From: Dehalococcoidia bacterium
Lineage (GTDB): Bacteria > Chloroflexota > Dehalococcoidia > Lucifugimonadales > Lucifugimonadaceae
Direction: 5' to 3'
Length of the DNA stretch: 64,000 nucleotides
Assembly (NCBI GenBank): GCA_965203505.1
Contig: OZ241880.1
Location: 2,858,206 to 2,922,205 of the forward strand
Part shown: in pieces, positions 18,159 to 27,063 of the stretch
How positions within the stretch are numbered: position 1 is the stretch's first letter
Layout: the number at the start of each line of letters is the position of its first letter
The notes under the pieces: model-generated
Seen by the model: only the letters and a program-made list of their open reading frames with translations
What the model was told of the DNA's origin: nothing
The model's database searches: none
Made by a program: the position numbers and the translations under genes

Positions 18159-19040
18159 TTATGGAGGCGATTGTGTTGACCGAGAGAAATCATATAACTG
18201 GCCGGCCACTTCTGAGATCATCCGTTGCTTGAAAGGTGTCAAACTAGAGGCGCGCAAGTGGTCGAGAGCGCGTTTTTGGCTCAGCAACGGAAAGTCGCTC
18301 GCGAAGAACAACCGTGATCCGCCCACAATCTCATCTACCGTCGCGTAGACCTCGGGAGAATACAGAAACGGCGACGCAGCGGAGTCGAAAGACACGTTTT
18401 CCAACGCTTCATCGATCTCCGGCATGTGCTTGTAGAAGGGCAGACCGCCCCCGAAGTGGGAGAAGATGAACGCGTTGTCTGGATATCTTTTTGCAAGAAG
18501 CACGAGACGGTCTGGAGTCATCGTCCCCTTGCCATCGTAAGTGTGTCCGAGAGGTTCAGATCCATGGACCACGACGAACAAAATCCGACTGCGTCGCGCC
18601 ACGAAATCCCGCACAACCGCCATGACGTCGTCGAGACGGTCGTATGGTGGCTCGACCCAACCCTGTGTATCCGCATGAAGTTCGCCGATGCCGCGTGCAC
18701 CCGCTTTGAAGCATCTCTCAACTTCTACGGGCGCTGCGTCGCCGGGCCACAGCGGATTCACGCTGCATAGTGGGATCAAAATACCCGGGAAGCGGGTTGC
18801 ACACTCGATCAGATAGTCATTCGAGCGTCGGGCGAGTTCTTGGTCGGTCCAGCCGAATCCTGCGATTACCGATCTTTCGACACCGGAACGATCCATCTCA
18901 TCAAGAAGATGTTCGACCTGTACGATGCGCGCCTTAGGGTTGGAGAACAGTGCCGCGAACGTCCGGTCGCGGGCAAGGGCATCGTCGCGATAGTCGGAGA
19001 AATAAGGCGGAAGGATGTGTGTCAACGCATCGGTAATCAT
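18159..19040 (-). CDS. Amidohydrolase-2 (ACMSD-like TIM-barrel metal hydrolase) family protein
   Basis: 293 aa, with MITDALTHILPPYF at the N-terminus and the layout typical of the family. Its last 4 codons derive from the cassette side of the repeat. Confidence 0.7.
   Translation of the reverse strand: MITDALTHILPPYFSDYRDDALARDRTFAALFSNPKARIVQVEHLLDEMDRSGVERSVIAGFGWTDQELARRSNDYLIECATRFPGILIPLCSVNPLWPGDAAPVEVERCFKAGARGIGELHADTQGWVEPPYDRLDDVMAVVRDFVARRSRILFVVVHGSEPLGHTYDGKGTMTPDRLVLLAKRYPDNAFIFSHFGGGLPFYKHMPEIDEALENVSFDSAASPFLYSPEVYATVDEIVGGSRLFFASDFPLLSQKRALDHLRASSLTPFKQRMISEVAGQLYDFSRSTQSPP
18175..18199. repeat. 25-bp direct repeat, copy 2 (inside the 3' end of the amidohydrolase gene)
   Basis: gttgaccgagagaaatcatataact. 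On the minus strand it encodes QLYDFSRST within the extant C-terminus ...QLYDFSRSTQSPP-stop. Confidence 0.9.
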
Positions 19041-19139
19041 CGCGATTGAACATCATAAATCGAACCCATCGCGCCCCGTTTCTTGGGAATGCTTGGAATC
19101 ACACCAATCGCGGAGCGTTGAAACGCCAAAGATGCGCGT

Positions 19140-20441
19140 TCAAACCAATGCCACGTCTCGCAGTTTGATCACGTTGCCAGATTGCATGACCGTCGATGCC
19201 TGGTCCAAATCGCGGATGTTTACGGCCGGATCACCATCGAATGCGGCCAGATCGGCAACCTTCCCGGGGCTGATCGATCCCACTTCATCGTCGACTCCGA
19301 GCGCCTCTGCGGTATCCGATGTCGCCATCCTCAACGCGCTCCAGTTATCCCATCCGAGGTTTTCTACATACGACCAAGCGTTAGCCGCCGAGCGGTCGTG
19401 AGTGCCGTGCGGCATCCCCATGTCCAATCCGTTGATGAAACGGACGCCTTCATCGTGCATGAGGTTTAGTGTTTCGTAGTGGTCATTGTCGGTGACGTCC
19501 GATGCCGCAACCGACCAGTGGACAGCACGCGGCGGCGCCTCGCCCCTAGCCGATACCTCATGCCCGAGCATCCCATGACCGATTGTCGGATCGACCCACT
19601 GCCCCTGATCCGCCATTCGTTTCGTTGTGTCGATGTCGAAATCCAACCCCTTCGCCGGGTCTTGAGAGTACCAACGTGCGTGGACGAGGTTATGGACGTT
19701 TGCTTCCACGCAATTCTTCACACCATCTGCCGACAAACAATGAGCGGCCACCGTGATCCCGGATCGCGCCGCTTCGCGAACTGCCACAGCGAGCGCCTCG
19801 GCGGAATATTGCGGCAATCGAGGGTTGGCTGTAGGGGTGAACATCCCACCGGTTGACATGATTTTGATCGCGTCCGCGCCTAGTCTGACTTGGTTGCGGA
19901 CCGCCTTCGCGACATCGTCCACGGTGTCGGCTTGAGTGCCGAAAAACCAGCAGTGTCCCGCGGTGATCGTGATTGGTGTGCCTGTCACCAGAAGGCGCGG
20001 CCCGGGCATGGCACCGTCCTTGATCGCTTGCTTTATCCCAAATGCCACCTCGTTGCGTGAACCGATATCTCGGACCGTCGTCGTGCCAGCTAAAACGGCT
20101 TTCCGCATCGCGGACACCGCGCGCATCGTCAATCGTTGGATATCGTCACGCTCCTCCAACGCCAGTTTCTGTGCATCCGCCGTTGCGCTGCAATGCATGT
20201 GGCAATGGGCATCAACAAGGCCGGGCATCAACGAAACATCGCCCAAACTCACGACCTCAGAAGTCTCGCTGATGTCCGATGGCAAGTCCAAAAACCGCAC
20301 CACGGCGTCGATCTTGTCGTTGACGATGCGAACCGCGCCGTCGCGAAGCCAACCCGACATATCGGCGTTGGCGACGCGGTCAGCGGTTACGTATTTGGTT
20401 ACGCGGGTCAATACGTTACCTGAACCTTCAAGCGCCCTCAA
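19140..20441 (-). CDS. Amidohydrolase family protein (imidazolonepropionase/Xaa-Pro dipeptidase-like)
   Basis: 433 aa. Metal-binding MPGLVDAHCHMH motif and a later HC..AD segment. Confidence 0.75.
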   Translation of the reverse strand: MRALEGSGNVLTRVTKYVTADRVANADMSGWLRDGAVRIVNDKIDAVVRFLDLPSDISETSEVVSLGDVSLMPGLVDAHCHMHCSATADAQKLALEERDDIQRLTMRAVSAMRKAVLAGTTTVRDIGSRNEVAFGIKQAIKDGAMPGPRLLVTGTPITITAGHCWFFGTQADTVDDVAKAVRNQVRLGADAIKIMSTGGMFTPTANPRLPQYSAEALAVAVREAARSGITVAAHCLSADGVKNCVEANVHNLVHARWYSQDPAKGLDFDIDTTKRMADQGQWVDPTIGHGMLGHEVSARGEAPPRAVHWSVAASDVTDNDHYETLNLMHDEGVRFINGLDMGMPHGTHDRSAANAWSYVENLGWDNWSALRMATSDTAEALGVDDEVGSISPGKVADLAAFDGDPAVNIRDLDQASTVMQSGNVIKLRDVALV

Positions 20442-20504
20442 TCGCTGACAGAAGTTTATACATTGCCCCGCAATTGACGCGTGGGTGCTCCGAATTGGGA
20501 GACA

Positions 20505-21668
20505 TCAATTGCGTGGGCTAACGTTGCCCCGCACAACTCGAAAACTCTGTGCCGAAGCTAGTCTTTGTCGACCAACCAGCGCATCGTCAGTGGCAGTCAG
20601 CAAAGTCTGTTCGTACTGGGAAGCCCGTTCAAGGATGGTGCCGCGGCGGAAACCGTCCATCTCGGACAAAACATCATCGAACGCGATTATCGGACCACGA
20701 CCAGCGAATTCGGTAACGAGCGATGCTTCAGCAAGCCTGAGCGACAACGCAGCGGTACGAGCTTGTCCGCGCGACGCGTATCGACGTGCAGGAGCGCCGG
20801 CTATGTTGATGCCGAAATCATCCAGATGAGGTCCGATCACCATATGTCCAGCGGACTGCTCTTTCCTCTTGGAATCCATGAGCGCGTCATGGATGTGAGT
20901 CCGCAATTCAGAGCCTTCTAGTGTTTCGGATTTCGCCGCCATTGCACTGGAGCCTAGGTTAGGCCGATACGCCAACGCGAGTGTTTCGCCTTCACTCAAC
21001 TCGGTGTGAACCGGCGCAGCCCTCGATTGGAGCAACTGCATAACCTCGCGGCGCGTCTGGATTATCTTGGCGCTCTCATCGCAGAATCTGCCGTCCCAAA
21101 ATGCGATCTCTTCTTCGAAGTCGTGCACTTCGAACGTACCTCTCAATAGCGCGTTTCGGCTGGCCCGCACGCGGTTCAGGCGGAGCAACGCTTGAAGGTA
21201 CTCGGTATCGAACTGTCCGATGAGAATGTCGAGGTATCTCCTGCGCACCGCCGCCGCGCCGAGGGCAAGATCGAGGTCGCCGGCCTCGAATATCACGACG
21301 TTCGCTCGACCCACGAACTCGACCGGCGGTACCTTTACTCCGTTTATCCGCCACTCTTTGGACGCGACATTTAAACGGTTGAAATTCTCGGCCGTGCTCG
21401 GCGAAATCTGGAGGTCGAATTGCGTGCGAACCGACTCGGCTCCACTATTGAAAACGCCAAGAGCTTGCACATGTCCACCATTTATAGCGATCGAATGGTT
21501 GACGATTTCACGGTCATTGCTGGCGCGCAACGATTTGCCGACCGACAGCATGTGGACCGCTTCAAGCAACCCGCTCTTGCCGTGCCCGTTGGCGCCTGTG
21601 AAAACTACGAGCCCCGGTGCAAGGTTGATGTCGGTATCAACGTGGTTGCGGAAACCAGATAATTTCAA
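20505..21668 (-). CDS. recF: DNA replication/repair protein RecF
   Basis: LKLSGFRNH..., Walker A GANGHGKSG and an SMC-like signature region. Codons immediately upstream (AIHLTR) also look RecF-like but lack a canonical start. Confidence 0.85.
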   Translation of the reverse strand: MKLSGFRNHVDTDINLAPGLVVFTGANGHGKSGLLEAVHMLSVGKSLRASNDREIVNHSIAINGGHVQALGVFNSGAESVRTQFDLQISPSTAENFNRLNVASKEWRINGVKVPPVEFVGRANVVIFEAGDLDLALGAAAVRRRYLDILIGQFDTEYLQALLRLNRVRASRNALLRGTFEVHDFEEEIAFWDGRFCDESAKIIQTRREVMQLLQSRAAPVHTELSEGETLALAYRPNLGSSAMAAKSETLEGSELRTHIHDALMDSKRKEQSAGHMVIGPHLDDFGINIAGAPARRYASRGQARTAALSLRLAEASLVTEFAGRGPIIAFDDVLSEMDGFRRGTILERASQYEQTLLTATDDALVGRQRLASAQSFRVVRGNVSPRN

Positions 21669-21726
21669 ACGCGTGAGATGGATGGCAAACCCCTCTTCAG
21701 GGCCCGATTCAGTAGCTGTTCAATCC

Positions 21727-21754
21727 TTGGACAACCTGTAATGCGTATCATAAT
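21727..21754 (+). promoter_or_regulatory. Promoter candidate for the DUF3179 gene
   Basis: TTGGAC, a 16-nt spacer, then CATAAT, about 90 nt upstream of the ATG at 21842. Confidence 0.3.
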
Positions 21755-21841
21755 CACAGCAGCCAAAGAACTTGGAGCACACTTGTCATCTTCAACATCG
21801 CGCGTGGCACATACACAAGCGTAAAGCCACCAACCAACGCC

Positions 21842-23092
21842 ATGCGTGTTATCCCGATATCGCTTTTGATCGTCTTTGCGGCGATTGTTGTGGTCGCCTG
21901 CGGGCAGGCAACAGACGAACCACTTGTTGCGACTTCGGTGTCGACTGAGGTTCCAACCGCAGCTCGGGCACCGGTAAGCACTCCGACTGTTGCCCCAACA
22001 GAGGCGATTCCCACACCGACAACCGAACCCGCGCCCGCGGCCAAAGTTGTCGAACCGACTGCCGCCACAGCCAAGCCTGAATCAGCGGAGCCGCAGCCAA
22101 CAGCACCTCCCGAGGCGAAACTGGCCCCCGAGCGCGATCTTGATATCGTTACGCTTCTTCCCCCTGACGCTATACCCGCGATCAACAATCCAATGTTCTT
22201 CTATACCACCGAAGAAGCGGACACGGTGTACAGCGAAGGCGAATATGTTCTCGGTGTTGAGATTGACGGCGACGCTCGGGCTTATTCCGTCCCTCTTCTC
22301 AGCAGTCATGAGATAGTCAACGACACCGTAGGGGGCAGACCGATCGCGGTCACGTGGTGACCGCTCTGCTTTACTGGAATCGGGTATTCCAGAGAGGTCA
22401 ATGGACAAACTCTAACCTTCGGCGTGTCGGGCAAACTGACGTTGAACGCGCTGATCATGTTCGACCGCGAAACCGACACCTTGTGGAGCCATTTCCTGTC
22501 CGAAGGAATTGAGGGAGAACTTAAAGGTTTCAAACTCACCAATGTGCCGCTGATTCTCACCACCTGGAGGGAGTGGAAGCAATCGTTCCCTGAAACAAAG
22601 GCGCTGTTTAAACCAAGTAAGGGGTTCGATCCGTACACCAGTTACTACCTGCGCGGGGATGCGGGAGTAATCGGCGAAACCAACAGAGATGACAGGATCT
22701 ACGGCAAGGATTTGGTCCTTGGGGTGGGATTCGATGAGGGCCCAATCGCCTTCCCGCACACTGCACTCCAAGAGCAGGAAGTTATTAACACCGAAATCAA
22801 CGGACAACCGGCAGTCATCTACTACGATTCGCAGAATACGACGGCATTGGTTTACTCCCGCACCGTTGGTGATGAAACTTTGGAATTCTCGGTGTCCGTT
22901 GAGGAAGAACCCGAAGATGTATCTCGAAGGTGGTTGGTTGATGAGGCTTCGGGCACGAAATGGCTGCCGCTCAACGGGCAGGCATGGTCCGGCGAGTTCC
23001 AAGGCACGCGTTTGGATCCACTCCACGGCGTCAATGTATTCTGGTTCGCTTGGAGCGATTTTTACCCCGATACAGAGATCTACGGCCAATGA
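21842..23092 (+). CDS. DUF3179-domain lipoprotein with in-frame TGA (candidate selenocysteine) at 22358-22360
   Basis: ORFs 21842..22360 and 22424..23092 share one frame. Read-through gives ...IVNDTVGGRPIAVTW-U-PLCFTGIGYSREVNGQTLTFGVSGKLTLNALIMFDRETDTLWSHF..., a continuous DUF3179-like sequence with the TGA at the first Cys of the CPLC motif. The N-terminus has a lipoprotein signal (LLIVFAAIVVVAC-G). Confidence 0.7.
22374..22392 (+). promoter_or_regulatory. SECIS-like hairpin downstream of the in-frame UGA
   Basis: CUGGAAU-CGGGU-AUUCCAG has a perfect 7-bp stem and a G/U-containing 5-nt loop. It starts 13 nt after the UGA. Confidence 0.5.
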
Positions 23093-23625
23093 GCGTCGAT
23101 TTGAGAGATTGGATCCGCAACGTTCCGGACCATCCAAAACCTGGAATCCAATTCAAGGACCTGACTCCGATCTTTGCTGATCCCGCGGCTTTTCGCGCCT
23201 CCTTAAACTGGTTCACGGATCAAGTGACGAGGTTCAGGCCGGATGTGATTGCCGCCGTCGATGCCCGGGGCTTCGTCTTCGCATCGCCCGTAGCTGATCG
23301 GCTAGGCATCCCCCTTGCGCTCGTAAGGAAAGGCGGCAAGCTCCCCCCGCCGGTAATCAAAACCCAGTATTCGCTTGAATATGAGGACTTGTCAGAGATC
23401 GAGATGCAGTCCGACGCTCTTTCATCAGGCCAACGCGTCGTGATCGTCGACGATCTATTGGCCACTGGCGGCACAGCCGTCGCGTCTGCTGAACTTGCAG
23501 AGGAACTAGGCGCGCAAGTGGTGGCTCAAATCTTTTTGGTCGAACTCGCGTTTTTGGACGGCCGCGATCTCATTACGAGCCGCGATCCAAACTGCGAAGT
23601 TGTCGCTGACATCGTCTACGAATGA
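23089..23625 (+). CDS. apt: Adenine phosphoribosyltransferase
   Basis: MSVDLRDWIRNVPDHPKPGIQFKDLTPIF... and PRPP motif VVIVDDLLATGGT. The ATG overlaps the upstream stop (ATGA). Confidence 0.92.
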   Translation: MSVDLRDWIRNVPDHPKPGIQFKDLTPIFADPAAFRASLNWFTDQVTRFRPDVIAAVDARGFVFASPVADRLGIPLALVRKGGKLPPPVIKTQYSLEYEDLSEIEMQSDALSSGQRVVIVDDLLATGGTAVASAELAEELGAQVVAQIFLVELAFLDGRDLITSRDPNCEVVADIVYE

Positions 23626-24344
23626 TCGACCGCGAGGCGCACCTCCGTCAATCGAGCGCCTACGTAAAGTCCCGTGAATTCGACCACTGTCAGAAGCGCG
23701 ATGAACAACGTCGCCTCCAAAAAGAACCGCTCTGGGAACAGGAGCAACAGGTAGTGGCGAAACGGATCAAGTTGCCATAGGTCGTTCGCGAAGCTCAACA
23801 GATGGAATTGCGTAAAGACCCAACTGAAGTCGATGACTGTTGCGACGAGTAACGCACCGACGACAATCCCCCAGATCAGCGCGCACCAGCGAAGCCACTT
23901 CGACATCGTCGCAAAGAATCGACTACGCCGTATCACAAGCCCGAGCAGCAAGCATGCAGCCAATACGATGCCCGTCCATATTGATGTAGAGGCGACGAGG
24001 CGCATCAAATCTTTAACGTCGATCATGTGCAAGATCTCCCGTTCGACGAAAAGGTTCACTTGGCCCCGCGACGTGTTGACAGTCACATCGAGCCTCTCCG
24101 CGTCGTTCGCGAAGTAGTTCTTGATCTGATCGGCAACGCTGTCTAGCTCGGACGTCGGCAAGCCAGTACGGTCTGGTATCCCGTTGCGCCACCAGTTGTA
24201 GGTGTAGAGCCAATCAGAATCGGTGACGTAAACAACGTTGATCGCGATCAAGAAAATCGGCAGGCACGCGGAGAATACAATGCCCAATCCAAGCACCGCC
24301 CAAAAAGAGCCGCCACGTACCCGAAGATCGTTGATTAGCTTCAT
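23616..24344 (-). CDS. Integral membrane protein, DUF1461/TIGR01906-like
   Basis: 242 aa. An N-terminal TM helix, an extracytoplasmic segment with FVEREILHMIDVKDLM, then three C-terminal TM helices. Family assignment is from memory. Confidence 0.5.
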   Translation of the reverse strand: MKLINDLRVRGGSFWAVLGLGIVFSACLPIFLIAINVVYVTDSDWLYTYNWWRNGIPDRTGLPTSELDSVADQIKNYFANDAERLDVTVNTSRGQVNLFVEREILHMIDVKDLMRLVASTSIWTGIVLAACLLLGLVIRRSRFFATMSKWLRWCALIWGIVVGALLVATVIDFSWVFTQFHLLSFANDLWQLDPFRHYLLLLFPERFFLEATLFIALLTVVEFTGLYVGARLTEVRLAVDHS

Positions 24345-24374
24345 TTAACGTGCGTTGAATCCCGTGTTCCCACG

Positions 24375-24749
24375 TCAGCTTGAGAGCGTCGTGTAAGTGG
24401 GAACCGAACCTAAGTTAACCGCGATTTCATTCGCGACTCTAACGTTGTGCTCTTGAGTGAGTTTCTGGTGGTTGACGACATCAATGATGGTTCCAATGAA
24501 GCATAGGCCAGCGGTGAAAAGATACAGAAAACCCATCCCGATCTGGCCGAGGAAAAACCTCTGGACACCAGCGATTGCGACGAATCCAACCAGAGTAAGC
24601 AACAACACCGTCGTTTCGTCTTTGCGCTGTGATCGATAAGCCATCGCAAAACGTTGCGCATTGTCATCTGAAACGCTGTTGGTGATACCGGCGATCGCGG
24701 CTTGTTCTCCGGGAGGTATTTCGGGCAAGATGTCCATCACATGAGCCAT
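24375..24749 (-). CDS. TM2 domain-containing membrane protein
   Basis: GVQRFFLGQIGMGFLYLFTAGLCFIGTIIDVV matches the TM2 two-helix signature. Confidence 0.7.
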   Translation of the reverse strand: MAHVMDILPEIPPGEQAAIAGITNSVSDDNAQRFAMAYRSQRKDETTVLLLTLVGFVAIAGVQRFFLGQIGMGFLYLFTAGLCFIGTIIDVVNHQKLTQEHNVRVANEIAVNLGSVPTYTTLSS

Positions 24750-24751
24750 GA

Positions 24752-25069
24752 TCAGTTGCTCCTACTCCGTTTGATAAGCCGGTATTCGAGCGTGACGATT
24801 CGCCACGCCAGGATCGCTACGGCTGGGATGCCTAAGATGTGGGTTTCAATCGCTGCCATTACGTCGCCGCGGAAGAGATACGATATCGAGTGGCCCAAAC
24901 CATAACCCGGACTCTTCATGTCCCACAAGTAGTACGGCCAGAATATCGTGAAGTGGAAATCAGATTGAGGATCACCGAGGGACAACACAATCAAGCCGAC
25001 AACCCATATCCCAGCTTCCCGATCGACGAATCGGGACAACGACGCAAACACTGAAGCCCCCAATCTCAT
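24752..25069 (-). CDS. Small membrane protein, DUF2752-like but lacking the usual cysteines
   Basis: Starts at ATG 25069 (MRLGASVF...). The longer ORF-track N-terminus is Arg/Pro-rich and implausible. Adjacent to the TM2 gene, as is common for DUF2752. Confidence 0.35.
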   Translation of the reverse strand: MRLGASVFASLSRFVDREAGIWVVGLIVLSLGDPQSDFHFTIFWPYYLWDMKSPGYGLGHSISYLFRGDVMAAIETHILGIPAVAILAWRIVTLEYRLIKRSRSN

Positions 25070-25092
25070 ACCTAGAGAATACACGTTTAGCC

Positions 25093-25887
25093 GTGGCTGA
25101 CCGACGAAGAATGATTGACATGGATTCAACAAATGAAGTGATCGAAGACGCCGGGAACGCTTTTCAACATCTGGTTGAGACCGTTCGCCGATTGAGAGAT
25201 CCTGACGGCTGCCCTTGGGACGAGGAACAAACCCATCTGTCCCTGCGACCAAATCTGTTGGAAGAGGCCTACGAAACCTTAGAGGCGATCGAAAGCGAGG
25301 ATGGTGCTGCAATCGAGGAGGAACTCGGTGATCTATTGATCCAGATCGTTTTCCATGCCGACATCGCGCGCAGGAACAGAGATTTCGATGCCAGTTCCGT
25401 CTGCCGCAAAGTCGCCGAAAAACTCATTCGCCGCCACCCGCACGTGTTCGGCGACGCACAGAAGCTGGGTTCAGGCGAAGACGTTATCGACCGATGGGAG
25501 CAAATCAAGCGCGAGGAGGCGGGCGGAGTGCGTTCAATCGTCGCGTCGGTTCCGAAGTCACTGCCGGCGTTGGCACAGTCATCGGTTCTTCAACGTCGGG
25601 CCAAGCGCGCTGGCCTACGTCTTTCGTCGCGATCAATCGATATCGACGATTTCGCTCAACGCGACACCGACGAGTCGGATGACGAAATCGAGTTACGCGC
25701 CGGCGAATTCCTTGCCGCTGCCGTTCGGAGGGTTCAGGAGCAAGGTGTCGATCCCGAGACGGCGCTGTTGAGAGTCAATTCGATCCTCCGCGATCGGGTG
25801 TTGCGCGCCGAAGAACTTGCCGAAGGAGTAGCGTTGGCGGAACTACCCGATGACGAGCGGGAACGGATCTGGGAACGCGCTCGTTAA
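25093..25887 (+). CDS. mazG: MazG nucleoside triphosphate pyrophosphohydrolase
   Basis: LRDPDGCPWDEEQTHLSLRPNLLEEAYETLEAIE and EELGDLLIQIVFHA motifs. Confidence 0.9.
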   Translation: MADRRRMIDMDSTNEVIEDAGNAFQHLVETVRRLRDPDGCPWDEEQTHLSLRPNLLEEAYETLEAIESEDGAAIEEELGDLLIQIVFHADIARRNRDFDASSVCRKVAEKLIRRHPHVFGDAQKLGSGEDVIDRWEQIKREEAGGVRSIVASVPKSLPALAQSSVLQRRAKRAGLRLSSRSIDIDDFAQRDTDESDDEIELRAGEFLAAAVRRVQEQGVDPETALLRVNSILRDRVLRAEELAEGVALAELPDDERERIWERAR

Positions 25888-26933
25888 CTGCTGACTTCAA
25901 CAGCTTTGCCGTTGAAAGAGGTCACTTCGCCCACCACTGATCCGGAAACCCCGCGGCCTTTCAGGTCGTTCAACAGACCGTCGACTGAATCGCTGTGAAT
26001 CGAGATGAGCAAACCTCCAGAAGTCTGAGGGTCGCAAAGAAGCAACCTATCGCTATCTTGAATGCCGTCGCCCCACGTCACCGCGTCGTCGCAAGATTCG
26101 ATGTTACGGTGAGTCCCGCCCGGCGCGATACCTTCCCTAAGAAGTTCGTCTACACCCGGCAAAATCGGGATCGACGATTTGTTCAAACGCCCGGTAGTGC
26201 CGCTCGCCCGCATCATCGTCATTAGGTGACCCACCAATCCGAAACCCGTAACATCGGTCGCCGCGTTCGCCTTTGCCTTGGTCATGGCCTGTGCAGAGTC
26301 GCGATTCAACCGCAACATCGAACTGACCGCGCCATCCAAAACGTCATCCACGGCATTCCCGTTTTTCAACGCGGTAGTCACGATGCCAGTTCCAATAAAT
26401 TTGGTAAGAACCAAAACGTCGCCCGGTTGCGCCGTCGAGTTCTGGACTTGGCGCCCCGGTTCCACAGTGCCTACGACCGAAAGTCCATATTTTGGCTCAT
26501 CGTCGTCAACCGTATGCCCGCCTACGATGATCGCACCCGCTTCCGCAACCTTCGCCGCACCTCCTTTGAGAATCTCGGCGAGGATTTCCATCGGCAAGCT
26601 GCGCGGAAATGCTGCGATGTTCAGCGCGGTGATTGGACGTCCGCCAACCGCGTAAACGTCGGAAAGAGCGTTGGCTGCCGCGATCGCACCGTATGTGAAC
26701 GGGTCATCGACGATCGGCGCGAAGAAATCGACAGTCAGAACCAAGGCGGCGTGATCATCTAAACGGTAGACGGCAGCGTCATCTCCGTGTTCGAAACCGA
26801 CCAACAAATCTGGGTGCAGGTCGGCTCCATTCATCAGCCCGCCCAAAACCTGGGCGAGTTCGCCTTGGCTAAGCTTTCCCGCTCAACCAGCACAGCTGGC
26901 GAGTTCCGTCAGCCGCGGCACCTTTTCGTTCAT
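25884..26933 (-). CDS. selD: Selenide, water dikinase (selenophosphate synthetase) with in-frame TGA (Sec) at 26883-26885
   Basis: From ATG 26933 the sequence reads [58 protein letters not shown]. This aligns with E. coli SelD LTQYSHGAG-C-GCKISPKVL...LLVGNETRDDAAVY, placing the TGA at the Cys17 position. The ORF track only reports the part downstream of the TGA. Confidence 0.85.
26841..26855 (-). promoter_or_regulatory. Candidate SECIS apical hairpin in selD
   Basis: The mRNA reads GCCCA-GGUUU-UGGGC, about 27 nt after the UGA. A second small hairpin GGCG-AACU-CGCC lies just upstream. The fold has not been computed. Confidence 0.3.
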
Positions 26934-27063
26934 ATCTCTAGCGTTCTCCGTTCGTAACCGGGATCCAAGCGATCGCGTCAATTTACCGGTTAATTTCAAT
27001 GGTACCGTTGCTATGTTCCTTGACGTTGAAGTGCAGTGGACACAAAATTGAAAACACCACTCT

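Larger units (their letters stand above)
16708..18174 (-). mobile_element. 1467-bp darT-darG insertion cassette (no recombinase gene of its own)
   Basis: Delimited by the 25-bp direct repeats. It interrupts what would otherwise be amidohydrolase stop, 31 nt, then the ocd start. By eye it looks more A+T-rich than the flanks. Confidence 0.55.
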
